64,000 nt of DNA from NCBI RefSeq assembly GCF_032444005.1, contig NC_091283.1:187674001-187738000 (forward strand), written 5' to 3'. The position numbers and the translations under genes are program-made. The DNA is from Ranitomeya imitator (taxonomy: Eukaryota). Positions 1-11,200 of the stretch are shown here, one piece after another. The notes under the pieces are model-generated. The model saw only the letters and a program-made list of their open reading frames with translations. It was not told the DNA's origin and did not search any database. Within the stretch, counting starts at the first letter, position 1; every line of letters starts with the position of its first letter.

Positions 1-180
1 CCTCCGTACTGTGGTTCCTGTATGGTCCGCAGTCTGATAATGACTGATAACAACTCCCAGCATCTTCTTACCATTGTTAAAAATATACTGAGAGTTGTAG
101 GTTCATGAGATACAAATGTATATGAGCCTGACTTGGCATTACAACTGATTGCTGTATTAAGGTTTGTGATATTGACATGC

Positions 181-1260
181 TCTTATAGTGGTTTGTGATT
201 TATTCATGTACTGATGGTCGTTCTGCTGACGTATTCACGTACTGAAGGTGGTTCTGGTGACGTATACAGCTCTGGCAAAAATTAAGAGACCACTGCAAAA
301 TGTTCAGTTTGCCTGATTTTTCCCTTTATATGTATATTTTTTAGCTAAATGTAAATTGTTATTTTATTCTATAAACTTCTGACAACATGTCCCCGAATTT
401 CCAAGCAATAAATTTTATATTTTTTTCTGACAAAGAAAAGTGGTCAAAATTAAAAAAAAAAAAAACACATTTTTTTCAGACCTAAAAAAATGCAAAGAAA
501 ACAAGTTCATAATCATTTATAAAGAATAATGCTAATGTTTTAACTCAGGAAGAGTTCAGAAATCAATATTTTGTGGAATAACCATGATTTTAATCACAGC
601 TTTCATGTGTCTTGGCATGCTTTCCACCAGTCTTTAACATTGCTGCTGGCGCAAAAATTTAAGCAGTTCTTCTTTGTTTGATGGCTTGTGACTATCCGTC
701 ATCTTCTTGATTACATTCCAGAGGTTTTTATTGGGGTTCAGATCTGGAGGTTGGACTGCCCATGACACGGTTTTGATGTGGTGGTCTCTTAATTTTTGCC
801 AGAGCTGTACATGTACTGATGATGGCACTGGCGAATTTATTTACTGCATGTGGTGCTCGTGACATATTCATGTACTGATTATGGTTTTGTTGATGCATTT
901 ATGTACTGATGGAGGTTCTTATGACATTAATATACTCATGGTGATTCTAGTGTTGCATTCATGTACTGATGGTGGTTCTGGTGATGCACTTACCTACCGA
1001 TGGTGGTTCTAGTGACCTATTTATTTACTGATGATGGCTCTGGAAAATATATATGTACTATTGATGTCTCTGGTATTCTATTTATGTACTGATGATGATT
1101 TTGGTTTTGTATTCATGTACTGATGATGATTCTGATGATGAATATATCACCAGGACAGCCATTGCTGCATGAATACGTCAAAAGAACCTCCATCCGTACA
1201 TGAGTACGTCACCAGAAGCACTATCACTGTACAGGAATATGCCACCAGAACCACTATCAG
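181..1260. repeat. Degenerate ~31-bp minisatellite (ATTCATGTACTGATGGTGGTTCTGGTGACGT-like), interrupted by a Tc1 derivative; units after ~1141 are reversed
   Basis: CATGTACTGATG/GTTCTGGTGA recurs from 181 to 1140. The reverse-complement forms (GTACATGA, CACCAGAACC) occur at 1141-1260. Confidence 0.6.
267..807 (-). mobile_element. Internally deleted Tc1/mariner element (541 bp)
   Basis: Perfect 27-bp TIR CAGCTCTGGCAAAAATTAAGAGACCAC at 267-293 and 781-807. TA target duplication at 265-266 and 808-809. Transposase C-terminal remnant (W..QPPDLNPNKNLW) in ORF 634-828. Confidence 0.9.
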
Positions 1261-1689
1261 TTTTGTTGAAAACTGTATTTGTCGCATGGCGGGCGTAAAA
1301 ACCATCAGCTGCATCTCTTTATCTATAATAATAGCTGTTTAGTTTCCATTAGGATATCCGCCAAATGATGGACACCTTAATTGAAACCAAATAGTCCCCA
1401 TTATATTTAAGCTATATTAGGTTCCATGACCTTCCTTGGGTCTGAAACATATATAGGATGTCAAGGATGAATATCGCTATATGTCCCTTGTATTGTGTAA
1501 ATGGTCAGTAAATAATGAACTATTCTATATCTAATTTTGAAAACACACCCCCTGTTGAGCCTCACCCCTAAAATAAACCACGTTTTATTTTTCTTTTGCT
1601 GGATATTTCTGGGAGAAAAAGGTAACATTTCTAGTGTACATGGTCGTCAGAGAGGGAGAGGGGTGGTGTTAGGGAACCTGTTACTTAAG

Positions 1690-3157
1690 TCTTTCGACCC
1701 ATTCCTTTACTTGAGGGATGAGGGTTCAGACCGGACATTCAGCGTCTCCCACTCACACAACACCTCCTCACCTCGCCCCCTTTCTGTTGGTGTCCCCCAA
1801 GGTTCAGTTCTGGGACCCCTTTTCTCTTCCATCTACACCTTTGGCCTGGGACAGTTCATAGAGTCCCATGGCTTTCAGTATCATCCCTGTGCTGATGACA
1901 CACATATCTACCTCTCTGGATCCGATATTACCTCCTTACTAACCAGAATCCCAAAATGCCTGTTGGCTATTTCATCCTTCTCCTCCGCTAGATTTCTAAA
2001 ACTTAACATAGACATCTCACTCAAATTCCCCAAGAGAGTAATCCATCAAAGTCAATGGTGGCTCAGCACGGTGGCTCAGTGGTTAGCCTTGCAGTGCTGA
2101 AGTCCTGGGTTCATATCCCACCCAGGACAACATCTGCAAGGAGTTTGTATGTTCTCCCCGTGTCTGTGTGGGTTTCCTCCGGGTACTCTGGTTTCCTCCC
2201 AAATTCCAAAGACAAACTGATAGGGAATTTAGATTGTGAGCCCCATCGGGGACAGTGATGATAATGTGTGCAAACTGTAAAGTGCTGCGGAATATGTTAT
2301 CGCTATATAAAAATAAAGATTATTATTGTTATTTAATGGTTGCTCGCTCTCCCCAGTACCCCCAACTCGCTGCCACGGGGAAACCCTTGACTCTGATCTC
2401 TCCTTCAAACCACATATCCAAGCCCTTTCTACTTCATGCCGACTCCAACTCAAAAATGTTTCCCAAATCTGCACATTTCTTTATCAAGAATCTACAAAAA
2501 CACTAGTGCATACCCTAATCGTCTCCCGCCTTGACTATTGCAACCCTCTGCCTTGTGGCCTCCCTTCTAACACTCTCGCACCCCTTCAATCTATCTTAAA
2601 CTCTACTGCCCGACTAACCTCCCCCCCCTCCGCTATTCCCCGGCCTCCCTCCTCTGTCAATCCCTTCACTGGCTCCCCATTACCCAAACACTCCAGTTCA
2701 AAACCTTAACCTTGGCATACAAAGCCATCTACAACCTGTTTCCTCCATATATTTGCAACCTAGTCTCCCGATACTTTCCTGCACGCAACCTCCAATCCTC
2801 ACAAGATCTCCTTCTCCACTTCTCTTATCTCCTCTTCCCACATTTGCATAAAAGATGTATCCAGCGCTTCACCCCTACTCTGGAACTCTCCTCAACATAT
2901 CAGACTCTCACCTACCATCGAAACCTTCAAAAAGAACCTGAAGACTCACCTCTTCCGACAAGCCTACAACCTGCAGTGACCACCGATTGACCAAACCACT
3001 GCACGACCAGCTCTATCCTCACCTACTGTATCCTCACCCATCCCTTGTTGATTGTGAGCCCTCGCGGGCAGGGTCCTCTCTCCTCATGTACCAGTTGTGA
3101 CTTCTATTGTTTAAGATTACTGTCTCCTTTTTATTATGTATACCCCTCCTCACATGT
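1690..3157 (+). mobile_element. 5'-truncated L2-type LINE (RT C-terminal part and 3' UTR), interrupted by a SINE
   Basis: [10 protein letters not shown] and degenerate YADD (CADDTHIY) in ORF 1537-2100. SRLDYCN motif in ORF 2326-2709. L2-type tail GATTGTGAGCCCTCGCGGGCAGGGTCC near 3050. Confidence 0.85.
2057..2332 (+). mobile_element. tRNA-derived V-SINE with L2-like tail
   Basis: Box A/B-like head (GGTGGCTCAGTGGTTAGC ... GGGTTCATATCCC). V-domain GGAGTTTGTATGTTCTCCCCGTGTCTGTGTGGGTTTCCTCCGGG. Tail GATTGTGAGCCCC ending in AATAAAGATTATTATT. Confidence 0.8.
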
Positions 3158-3290
3158 TCTATTGCATCAACTAGAGATCTGCCATGATCGAGCAACTTAT
3201 AAATAAAGGATTATAGAAATCTATGGCAGTCATCCAGGCCTGTTGACAAAGGTGATGCTCAAGAGCAATATCTATCACCGAGCCCCACTC

Positions 3291-3377
3291 CATACAGCCA
3301 ACCAATTCCAGCCCTGTGCTGATGAGGGCCTAAAGCCCGAAACACGTGTCCACAGGTAGGAATTGGTTGGCTGTGTA
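3291..3377 (+). ncRNA. Type I hammerhead ribozyme motif
   Basis: CTGATGA 3319-3325; stem II GGGC/GCCC with CTAAA loop; GAAA 3339-3342; palindromic stem III ACACGTGT; GTC cleavage triplet 3348-3350; stem I CCTGTG/CACAGG extended by 16 perfect pairs (3294-3309 with 3359-3374). Confidence 0.9.
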
Positions 3378-4249
3378 AATTTAGAAACTAATCTGCAGCA
3401 TTGCACGCTTGGCGGTTCCAAGCGCTGTGGATTAGACAGGGGTGGAAAGAGATGATTTGCATAGCTCCGCCTACTGCAAAGGATTCTGGGTAAACCTGCT
3501 ATTCTTTGTATTATGCTGCTTGCAAGTACTTTCCGTTTCAGGAAAGCATCCACTATGTATTTCCTTTAAGTAGAGGGTTTTTCGGTCTCTTTCGTCCCGC
3601 TACATTTAGCCCAACTTGGGTCTCTCCCTAAGGTGGCTAGCATATATGTATATCTATCACATAGGCGGCCTATGTAGCTGATATAAGGCTCCTGGAAATA
3701 GGGCCCAAACTTACCTGGCCTTATCAACAGGATATATTAAAGGGATGAAGTGCAAGAACCAAATGCCTCCTGTTCAAAAGGATTAGAGGTGTCAACCAGT
3801 CCCAGATGGAGGGGGTCATTTAATTTAATTGCTATTGGACTCCCTTTCCTCTGTGCACATCCATGTGTGAGTGCAGATTATGTTGGGCCCTCATTCTCCA
3901 GCTTTGCTAATGCAATTTCTATTCTTCAAGTGTTAACTCCAACAAAAACAAGCAGAAATATACAACATTACCAAACCAAAGCAATGGAAATGCAGAATGG
4001 AATGTCTCCACTGGACAAATAAACCCATGTCCTGATTTGCATGATTGAAGGGACAAGTCTGACATCAGTTAATGAGTCGGCAGGGGGCAGAGGGGGCTTC
4101 CTGCTCTTGTGATATAGCTGGAGATTAAACAGACCCTTATTAATGCCATCTTGGTATAATAACGATTCACATTCAATATGTAGAACCTAAAAATACGCAG
4201 ACCTGTAATGATAGGGGTTTAGATTCTCATTGTTCGTTTTTTTTTTTTT

Positions 4250-5184
4250 TACCATGTTCACTAAATGCTGAACCTGACCTGCCATTATGATTCTCCCGGT
4301 CATTTCGAGTTTGTAGATACCAAACATGTATTTTTTTATTTAAGTGGTGAAAAAAAATCCAAAGTTTGTATTTAAAAAATAAAGCACCTCTTTCTGAAAC
4401 CTGTAGCTTCAACATTTTTCAGGGTCTGGGTGAGGGCTTATTGGCCGAGTTGACGTTTTTATTGATAGCATTTTGGGATACATACACTGTTTTGATCATC
4501 TAGTATTGCATTTTATTGCAACGTTGCAGCAACTAAAATAACATTATTCTGGCGTTATGATTTTTTTTCTCCATACGCTGTTTACCGATCGGATTCATTC
4601 TTTTTATATTTTGATAGATCGGGCATTTTTGAACTCGGCGATACCAAATATGTGTTGTTGTTTTTTATTGTTCTATTTTGAAATAAGCAAAAATGGGTTA
4701 ATTTGAACTTTTCATTGTTTTTTTTTAAATTTTTTAAACTTTTTTTTACTTTTTACTTGATTCAACAATGGGAGACTAGAAGCTGCGATCATCTGATTGT
4801 TTGTGTTACACATAGCGGGGCTATGAGCTCCAACCACTGGGCGGCGCTTATAGCAGTTCAGCAATGACAACCACAGGGGTCTACGCAGACCCTGGGTTGA
4901 CATGCCAACCCATTGGCGCCCCGTCACATGATTGCGGGGTGCCGATGGGCAGAGCTAAGACGCATATCCAATTTGCGCATGTTAAATTCCGCTGTCAGAG
5001 ATTGACAGCAACATTTAACTAGTTAACAGCACAGGAGGATCGCGATTACACCCGCTGCTGTTAAGGGTACATGACAGCTGATCACATCAGCTGTCATGTG
5101 CTGGAAAGGATGCGGGCTCAGCATCGGAGCCTGCACCAAAGAGGGGGAAGCGACCTATGATGGATATACTCGTTAAGGGATTAA
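4250..5184. mobile_element. Partial non-autonomous TTAA-type DNA transposon (piggyBac/Kolobok-like)
   Basis: Ends in CGTTAAGGGATTAA at ~5171-5184, resembling the TTAACCCCTT/AAGGGGTTAA terminus of common anuran elements. The left terminus was not found. Confidence 0.45.
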
Positions 5185-5352
5185 TATTTGGTACAGAAAC
5201 CTTTGTTTGCAATTACAGAGGTCAGACGTTTCCTGGAGTTCTTGACCAAGTTTGCACAACATTGGTCAACATTTGAGTTTCAGCTCCCTCCAAAGATTTT
5301 TTTCAGGTCTGGAGACTGGCTAGGCCACTCCAGGACCTTGAAGTGCTTCTAA

Positions 5353-6056
5353 AGGTACCTTCACACTAAACGACGCTGCAGCGATCCAGACAACGATCCG
5401 GATCGCTGCAGCGTCGCTGTTTGGTCGCTGGAGAGCTGTCACACAGACAGCTCTCCAGCGACCAACGATGCCGGTAACCAGGGTAAACATCGGGTTACTA
5501 AGCGCAGGGCCGCGCTTAGTAACCCAATGTTTACCCTGGTTACCATCCTAAAAGTAAAAAAAACAAACGCTTCATACTTACCTCCCGCTGTCTGTCCCCG
5601 GCGCTCTGCTTCTCTGTACTGGCTGTGAGCACAGCGGCCGGAAAGCAGAGCGGTGACGTCACCGCTCTGCTTTCCGGCCGCTGTGCTCACAGTGAGTGCA
5701 GGAAAGCACAGCGCCGGAGGACAGACAGCTGAAGGTAAGTATGAAGCGTTTGTTTTTTTTACTTTTAGGATGGTAACTAGGGTAAACATCGGGTTACTAA
5801 GCGCGGCCCTGCGCTTAGTAACCCGATGTTTACCCTAGTTACCAGCGAACACATCGCTGAATCGGCGTCACACATGCCGATTCAGCGATGTCAGCGGGAG
5901 AGCCAGCGACCAAATAAAGTTCTGGCCTTCTAGCCCCGACCAACGACATAACAGCAGGATTCTGACCGCTGCTGCGTGTCAAACTGAACGATATCGCTAG
6001 CCAGGATGCTGCAACGTCACGGATCGCTAGCGATATCATTTAGTGTGAAGGTACCT
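5353..6056. mobile_element. Palindromic PIF/Harbinger-type MITE
   Basis: TIR AGGTACCTTCACACT / AGTGTGAAGGTACCT, flanked by TAA and TTA. Long internal inverted repeats. Same family as 26171-26897 and 26996-27735. Confidence 0.85.
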
Positions 6057-6677
6057 TTACTGAGCTACTCCTTAGTTGCCCTGACTGTGTGTTTTGGGTC
6101 ATTGTCATGCTGAAAGATATCTTCAATGCTCTTACTGAAAGAAGGAGGTTTTTGGCCAAAATCATGCAGTACATGACCCCATCCATCCTCCCTTCAATAT
6201 AGTGCAGTCTTCCTGTCCCCTTTCCAGGAAAGCACCCCCAAAATATGTTTCCCCCACCATGCTTCACGGTAAGGACGGAGTTCTTGCGGTTGTACTCATC
6301 CTTCTTCCTCCAAACACGGCGAGTGGAGTTGATACCAAAAAGTTCTATTTTGGTCTCATCTGACCACATGACCTTCTCCCATGCCTCCTCTGGATCATCT
6401 AAATCAATGGCAAACTTCAAACTAGCCTGGACATGTGCTGGCATAATGTTTGAGACTGTGAACCCAGCTCTCTTCATATCATTGACCAGGTCTTCCCGTG
6501 TAGTTCTGGACTGATTGCTGGCCTTTCTCGAATCATCCTTACCCCATGAGCCAAGACCTAGCATTGAGCCCCAGACCGAGGAAGATTGACAGTCATCTTG
6601 TGTTTCTTCAATGTTCTAATAATTGTTCCAACAGTTGTTACCTTCGCATCATGCGGCTTGGCTATTGTCATGTAGCC

Positions 6678-7486
6678 TGTTATGATAAGGCAATTCAGCA
6701 CCACAATGGACATAGAAGTCAAAGCACATACAGTGATCTGACAATAACCCAAAAACATAGAACGAGCGTGGGAACTCTGCTGACCGCAATCCCTAATCCT
6801 CTCCAACCACACTAGAGGCAGCCGTGGATTGCGCCTAACGCTCCCTATGCAACTCGGCACAGCCTGAGAAACTAGCTAGCCTGAAGATAGAAAATAAGCC
6901 TACCTTGCCTCAGAGAAATACCCCAAAGGAAAAGGCAGCCCCCCACATATAATGACTGTGAGTTAAGATGAAAAGACAAAAGTAGAGATGAAATAGATTT
7001 AGCAAAGTGAGGCCCGACTTTCTGAACAGAGCGAGGATAGGAAAGGTAACTTTGCGGTCAACACAAAACCCTACAAACAACCACGCAAAGGGGGCAAAAA
7101 GACCCTCCGTACCGAACTAACGGCACGGAGGTACACCCTCTGCGTCCCAGAGCTTCCAGCAAGCAACAAAAAAACAAAACAAGCAAGCTGGACAGAAAAA
7201 AACAGCAAACAAAATAGCAAAGCAGAACTTAGCTATGCAGAGCAGCAGGCCACAGGAACGATCCAGGAGGAAACAGGTCCAATACTAGAACATTGACTGG
7301 AGGCCAGGATCAAAGCACTAGGTGGAGTTAAATAGAGCAGCACCTAACGACTTCACCACATCACCTGAGGAAGGAAACTCAGAAGCCGCAGTACCACTCT
7401 CCTCCACTAATGGAAGCTCACAGAGAGAATCAGCCGAAGTACCACTTGTGACCACAGGAGGGAGCTCTGCCACAGAATTCACAACA
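6678..7486 (-). mobile_element. Solo LTR (809 bp)
   Basis: Termini TGTTATGA...TCACAACA. GTAGCC is duplicated on both sides (6672-6677, 7487-7492). It interrupts the Tc1 transposase. Confidence 0.85.
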
Positions 7487-7731
7487 GTAGCCCATCCCAG
7501 CCTTGTGCAGGTCTACAATTTTCTCCCTGTTGTCCTTAGACAGCTCTTTGGTCTTGGCCATTGTGGAGAGGTTGGAGTGTGATTGAGTGTGTGGACAGGT
7601 GTACCGTATTTTATACAGGTAACGAGTTCATACAAGTGCAATTAATCCAGGTAATGAGCGCAGAGTAGGAGGCTTTTTACAGAAAAACAAACAGGTCTTT
7701 GAGAGGCAGAATTCTTGCTCGTTGGTAGGTG

Positions 7732-8189
7732 TGTTATGTCCCATGAATGAGACATTTTACAGACTGTCCTGTACATTTTACATGTCGTATTACAGTTCTC
7801 ATGTTGTTTATTGTTGCTATGTGTTCCTGTGTTTTGCATAGCTGAAATCCTCCCTTTCCATGAAGTTTGTCCCTTCTGTCTCCCTGTCTCCCTCTGCTGA
7901 GTGTCATGTCACTTCCTTCTTCTTCTCCGTGTCTCAGTCTCCATCTTGGCTTCATTAGAGGCACATGTGCTTTCAGCTTGTCTCAAGAAAGTCTTTTTTT
8001 TCCTGCTGCGGCTGTTTATGCATTTAACAAGAATTCTTAAAGAAATCAAGGTCTCTTCTGGATTCTTCATAACATGTGTGCCGGCAGCTGAGTTAAGCTA
8101 TCTGCGAACGTGACCAATTGTAAGTAAGGTTAAGAGATTCAGCATCTCACAGAGCCATATTTGTAGCCAGAGGCCTCGGGGACAGAATA
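7732..8189. mobile_element. Solo LTR-like element (458 bp), TG...TA ends
   Basis: 5-bp duplication AGGTG at 7727-7731 and 8190-8194. Imperfect inverted termini TGTTATGTCCC / GGGACAGAATA. Confidence 0.7.
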
Positions 8190-8294
8190 AGGTGATCAAA
8201 TACCTATTTCATACAATAAAATGCAATTTTTAGATTCTGTCTCTCACAAGTGAAGCGTATCTATGATAAAAATTACAGACCTCTGCATTCTTTG

Positions 8295-11200
8295 TGTTAG
8301 GGCTAGCGGAACGCACCAAGTAATAGGGTGATAGATACAAGGTGCGTTCGCAGCCCGGGGTCCACCGGGCAGAGATACCTGCTGCAAGTAATGGCGGATG
8401 AACACTGAGCTCACACGTAGGTTAAACTTCACCCAGTGTGAAATGAAAGCGAACTCTGCTGCCTCACAGAGTCGCACTGTACACAGGGACTAAAACCGTA
8501 ACTGAAAGTTGTTCTTGCTCTGGAACTCTTCTGTGCTAACCGCACACATGAAGGAACCAGATGCTAAGCTAAGGCTAATTGCCCCCACTGACGCTTGCTG
8601 CCTGCCTGAGTGTACAGCCCCAAAGCTAAACAGACTCACACCACTTACAGTATATACAGTGTGGTAGAGTATCCGCTGGCAACTGCCAAACACAAATGAT
8701 TCTAGCGCATGGCCGTGTGGCCATGCAAACCTTTTATAGCTGTAGCAGTTCAGGACCTTCCTAGTGGACCAATAGGAGCTGCTACAGGACCTGAGCGTGT
8801 GACCTCCGACCTCCAATGAGAGGTCTTCCCTTGGGCATGCTCAGGAGGAGAAAACCAGGACTTAGTCCCAGGAGCGCCTGCTCGCCGCCAAACAGTACTG
8901 GTTATAATGTCTGGACCTGGAAGGGCAGCAATAACCAAACGTGCAGTATCTGTCCAAGCCAGGGGCTGGGACCGATGTCTCTGCTGAGCAGACTCCACTG
9001 CGACCGGAGAAGAATGGGAGACTGCAGTGGACATGGCTCGAGAATCCCCATGTGCAGTGGTAGGAACTCGATGCCTAACATTGCCCCCCTCCTAGGGCCC
9101 CCCTCCTTGTGCCTCGCTACGCTCAAAGGCCGCAATGAGCAGCGGAGCCCGAATGTGCTCCACAGGCTCCCAGGTTCTATCCTCTGGGCCGTGGCCCTTC
9201 CAATCCACCAGTATTTTTTGCCACTTACTACCTTGCACCCCAAGATAGAGTTCACCTCGTACTCATCTGTGGACGAACCTGATGTCCCCGCAGATGACTC
9301 AGAAAACCGGGACATATAGACGGGCTTTAAGAGGGACACATGAAAGGTGTCAGTGATACCTAGGCGTGGAGGAATAGCCAAACGGTAGACCACAGGGTTG
9401 ACCTGTTCCAGAACCTTGAAAGGGCCCATGTGGCGAGGCGCAAACTTAATGGACTCAACTTGCAGCCTGGTGTTACGGGCGGAGAGCCACACTAAGTTGC
9501 CAGCAGCAAAGGTCGGAGCGGGGCGCCGGTGTGCATCGGCAGAAACCCTCATTCTCCTTGGAGGCCTGGATGGCATCCTGTGTGCGGTCCCAAATGTCAT
9601 GTGCCTCCACCGCCCAGTCTGCCACCCTAGAATCGGTGGATGACACGGGCATGGGCACAGGGACTCGCGGATGCTGGCCGTAATTAAGGAGAAATAGTCT
9701 GACCGGTAGAGTCGGCTACGGCGTTGTTCAAAGCAAATTCCGCCCAAGGTAACAAAGATGCCCAGTCATCCTGCCTGGCGGAGACAATATGTCGTAAGTA
9801 TGTGACCAGAGTCTGGTTGGCCCTCTCTACCAACCCATTCCTCTTGGGATGGTATGCAGAAGAGAGATTCAGCTCAATGCTGAGTAAACGACAGAGCTCT
9901 CTCCAGAACCGAGACGCAAACTAAGGACCCCGGTCACTGACAATTTTGTCAGGCATGCCATGTAGACGAAAACATGTTTTATGAACAACGCCGCTGAGGC
10001 CCGTGCAGAAGGTATCCGTGGTAGCGAAACCAAGTGCACCATTTTAGAAAAATGGTCAGTGACTACCCAGATAACTGTGCAGCTACGAGACTTGGGTAAG
10101 CCTACCACGAAGTCCATCCCGACCATCTCCCAGGGCCTGTCTGCCACCAGCAGGTGTAAAGTAGCCCAGCAGGCCATTGCCGAGGAGACCGATTCTTGGC
10201 ACAGGAGACACACGCCCGAATATAGTCCCCGATGTCACGGGCCATATGCGGCCACCAGTACGTCCTCGACAAAAGCTCAGATGTCCTCTTGGTCCCAAAA
10301 TTTCCACCCACCCTGGACGAGTGAGGCCAAGAGAGAACCTCCGGTCGCAAATTAGATGGAACGAAAGTCTTGCCTGGGGGCACAGACTCTAGCGAAACCG
10401 GAGCCACAGTTCTCAGGCTCTCCGAATGGACAATAAGCCCAGGCTCCTCCTCCTCTGATGACACTAAGGAGCGGGAGAGAGCGTCGGCATGAGTGTTCTC
10501 CCCGGAAAGAAAATGATTTATCAACATCGGGGTAAAATGGGAGCGCCAGCGAAGTATGACTTGATAGAGAGGAAGGGCTTGGAGACCTCCTCCGACCACA
10601 ACTTGGGATTAGCTCCCTTCTTAGGGAGGGCAACCAGAGGAGCTACCAAAGTTGAAAAGTGGGGAATGATCTGGCGATAATAGTTGATGAACCCCATAAA
10701 GCGCTGCACCGCTTTGAGAGAATGGGGTTCCTGCCAGTCCATCACAGCCTGTAGCTTGGCGGGATCCATAGCCAATCCTTGGGCGGAGATGATATAGCTC
10801 AGGAAAGGCAAAGGCTCAAACACACACTTCTCCAACTTGGCATAGAGGGAGTTTGCCCGTAGGAGGTCGAAGACTTTGCAAACATCTCTCCGGTGGGAGT
10901 CTATATCTGGAGAGTAGATGAGAATATCATCCAGATAGACTACAACCGAGGTGGAGAGCATATCCCGGAAGATATCATTCACAAAGTCTTGGAAAACGGC
11001 TGGGGCATTACAGAGCCAGAAGGGCATCACCAGGTATTCATAGTGCCCATCCCTGGTGTTAAAAGCCGTCTTCCATTCGTCCCCCTCACGGATGCGAATC
11101 AGGTTGTAAGAACCCCGCAGATCTAGTTTAGTAAATACCCTTGCTCCCCGAAGCCTATCAAAAAGCTCAGATATCAGGGGCAATGGGTACTTGTTCTTAA

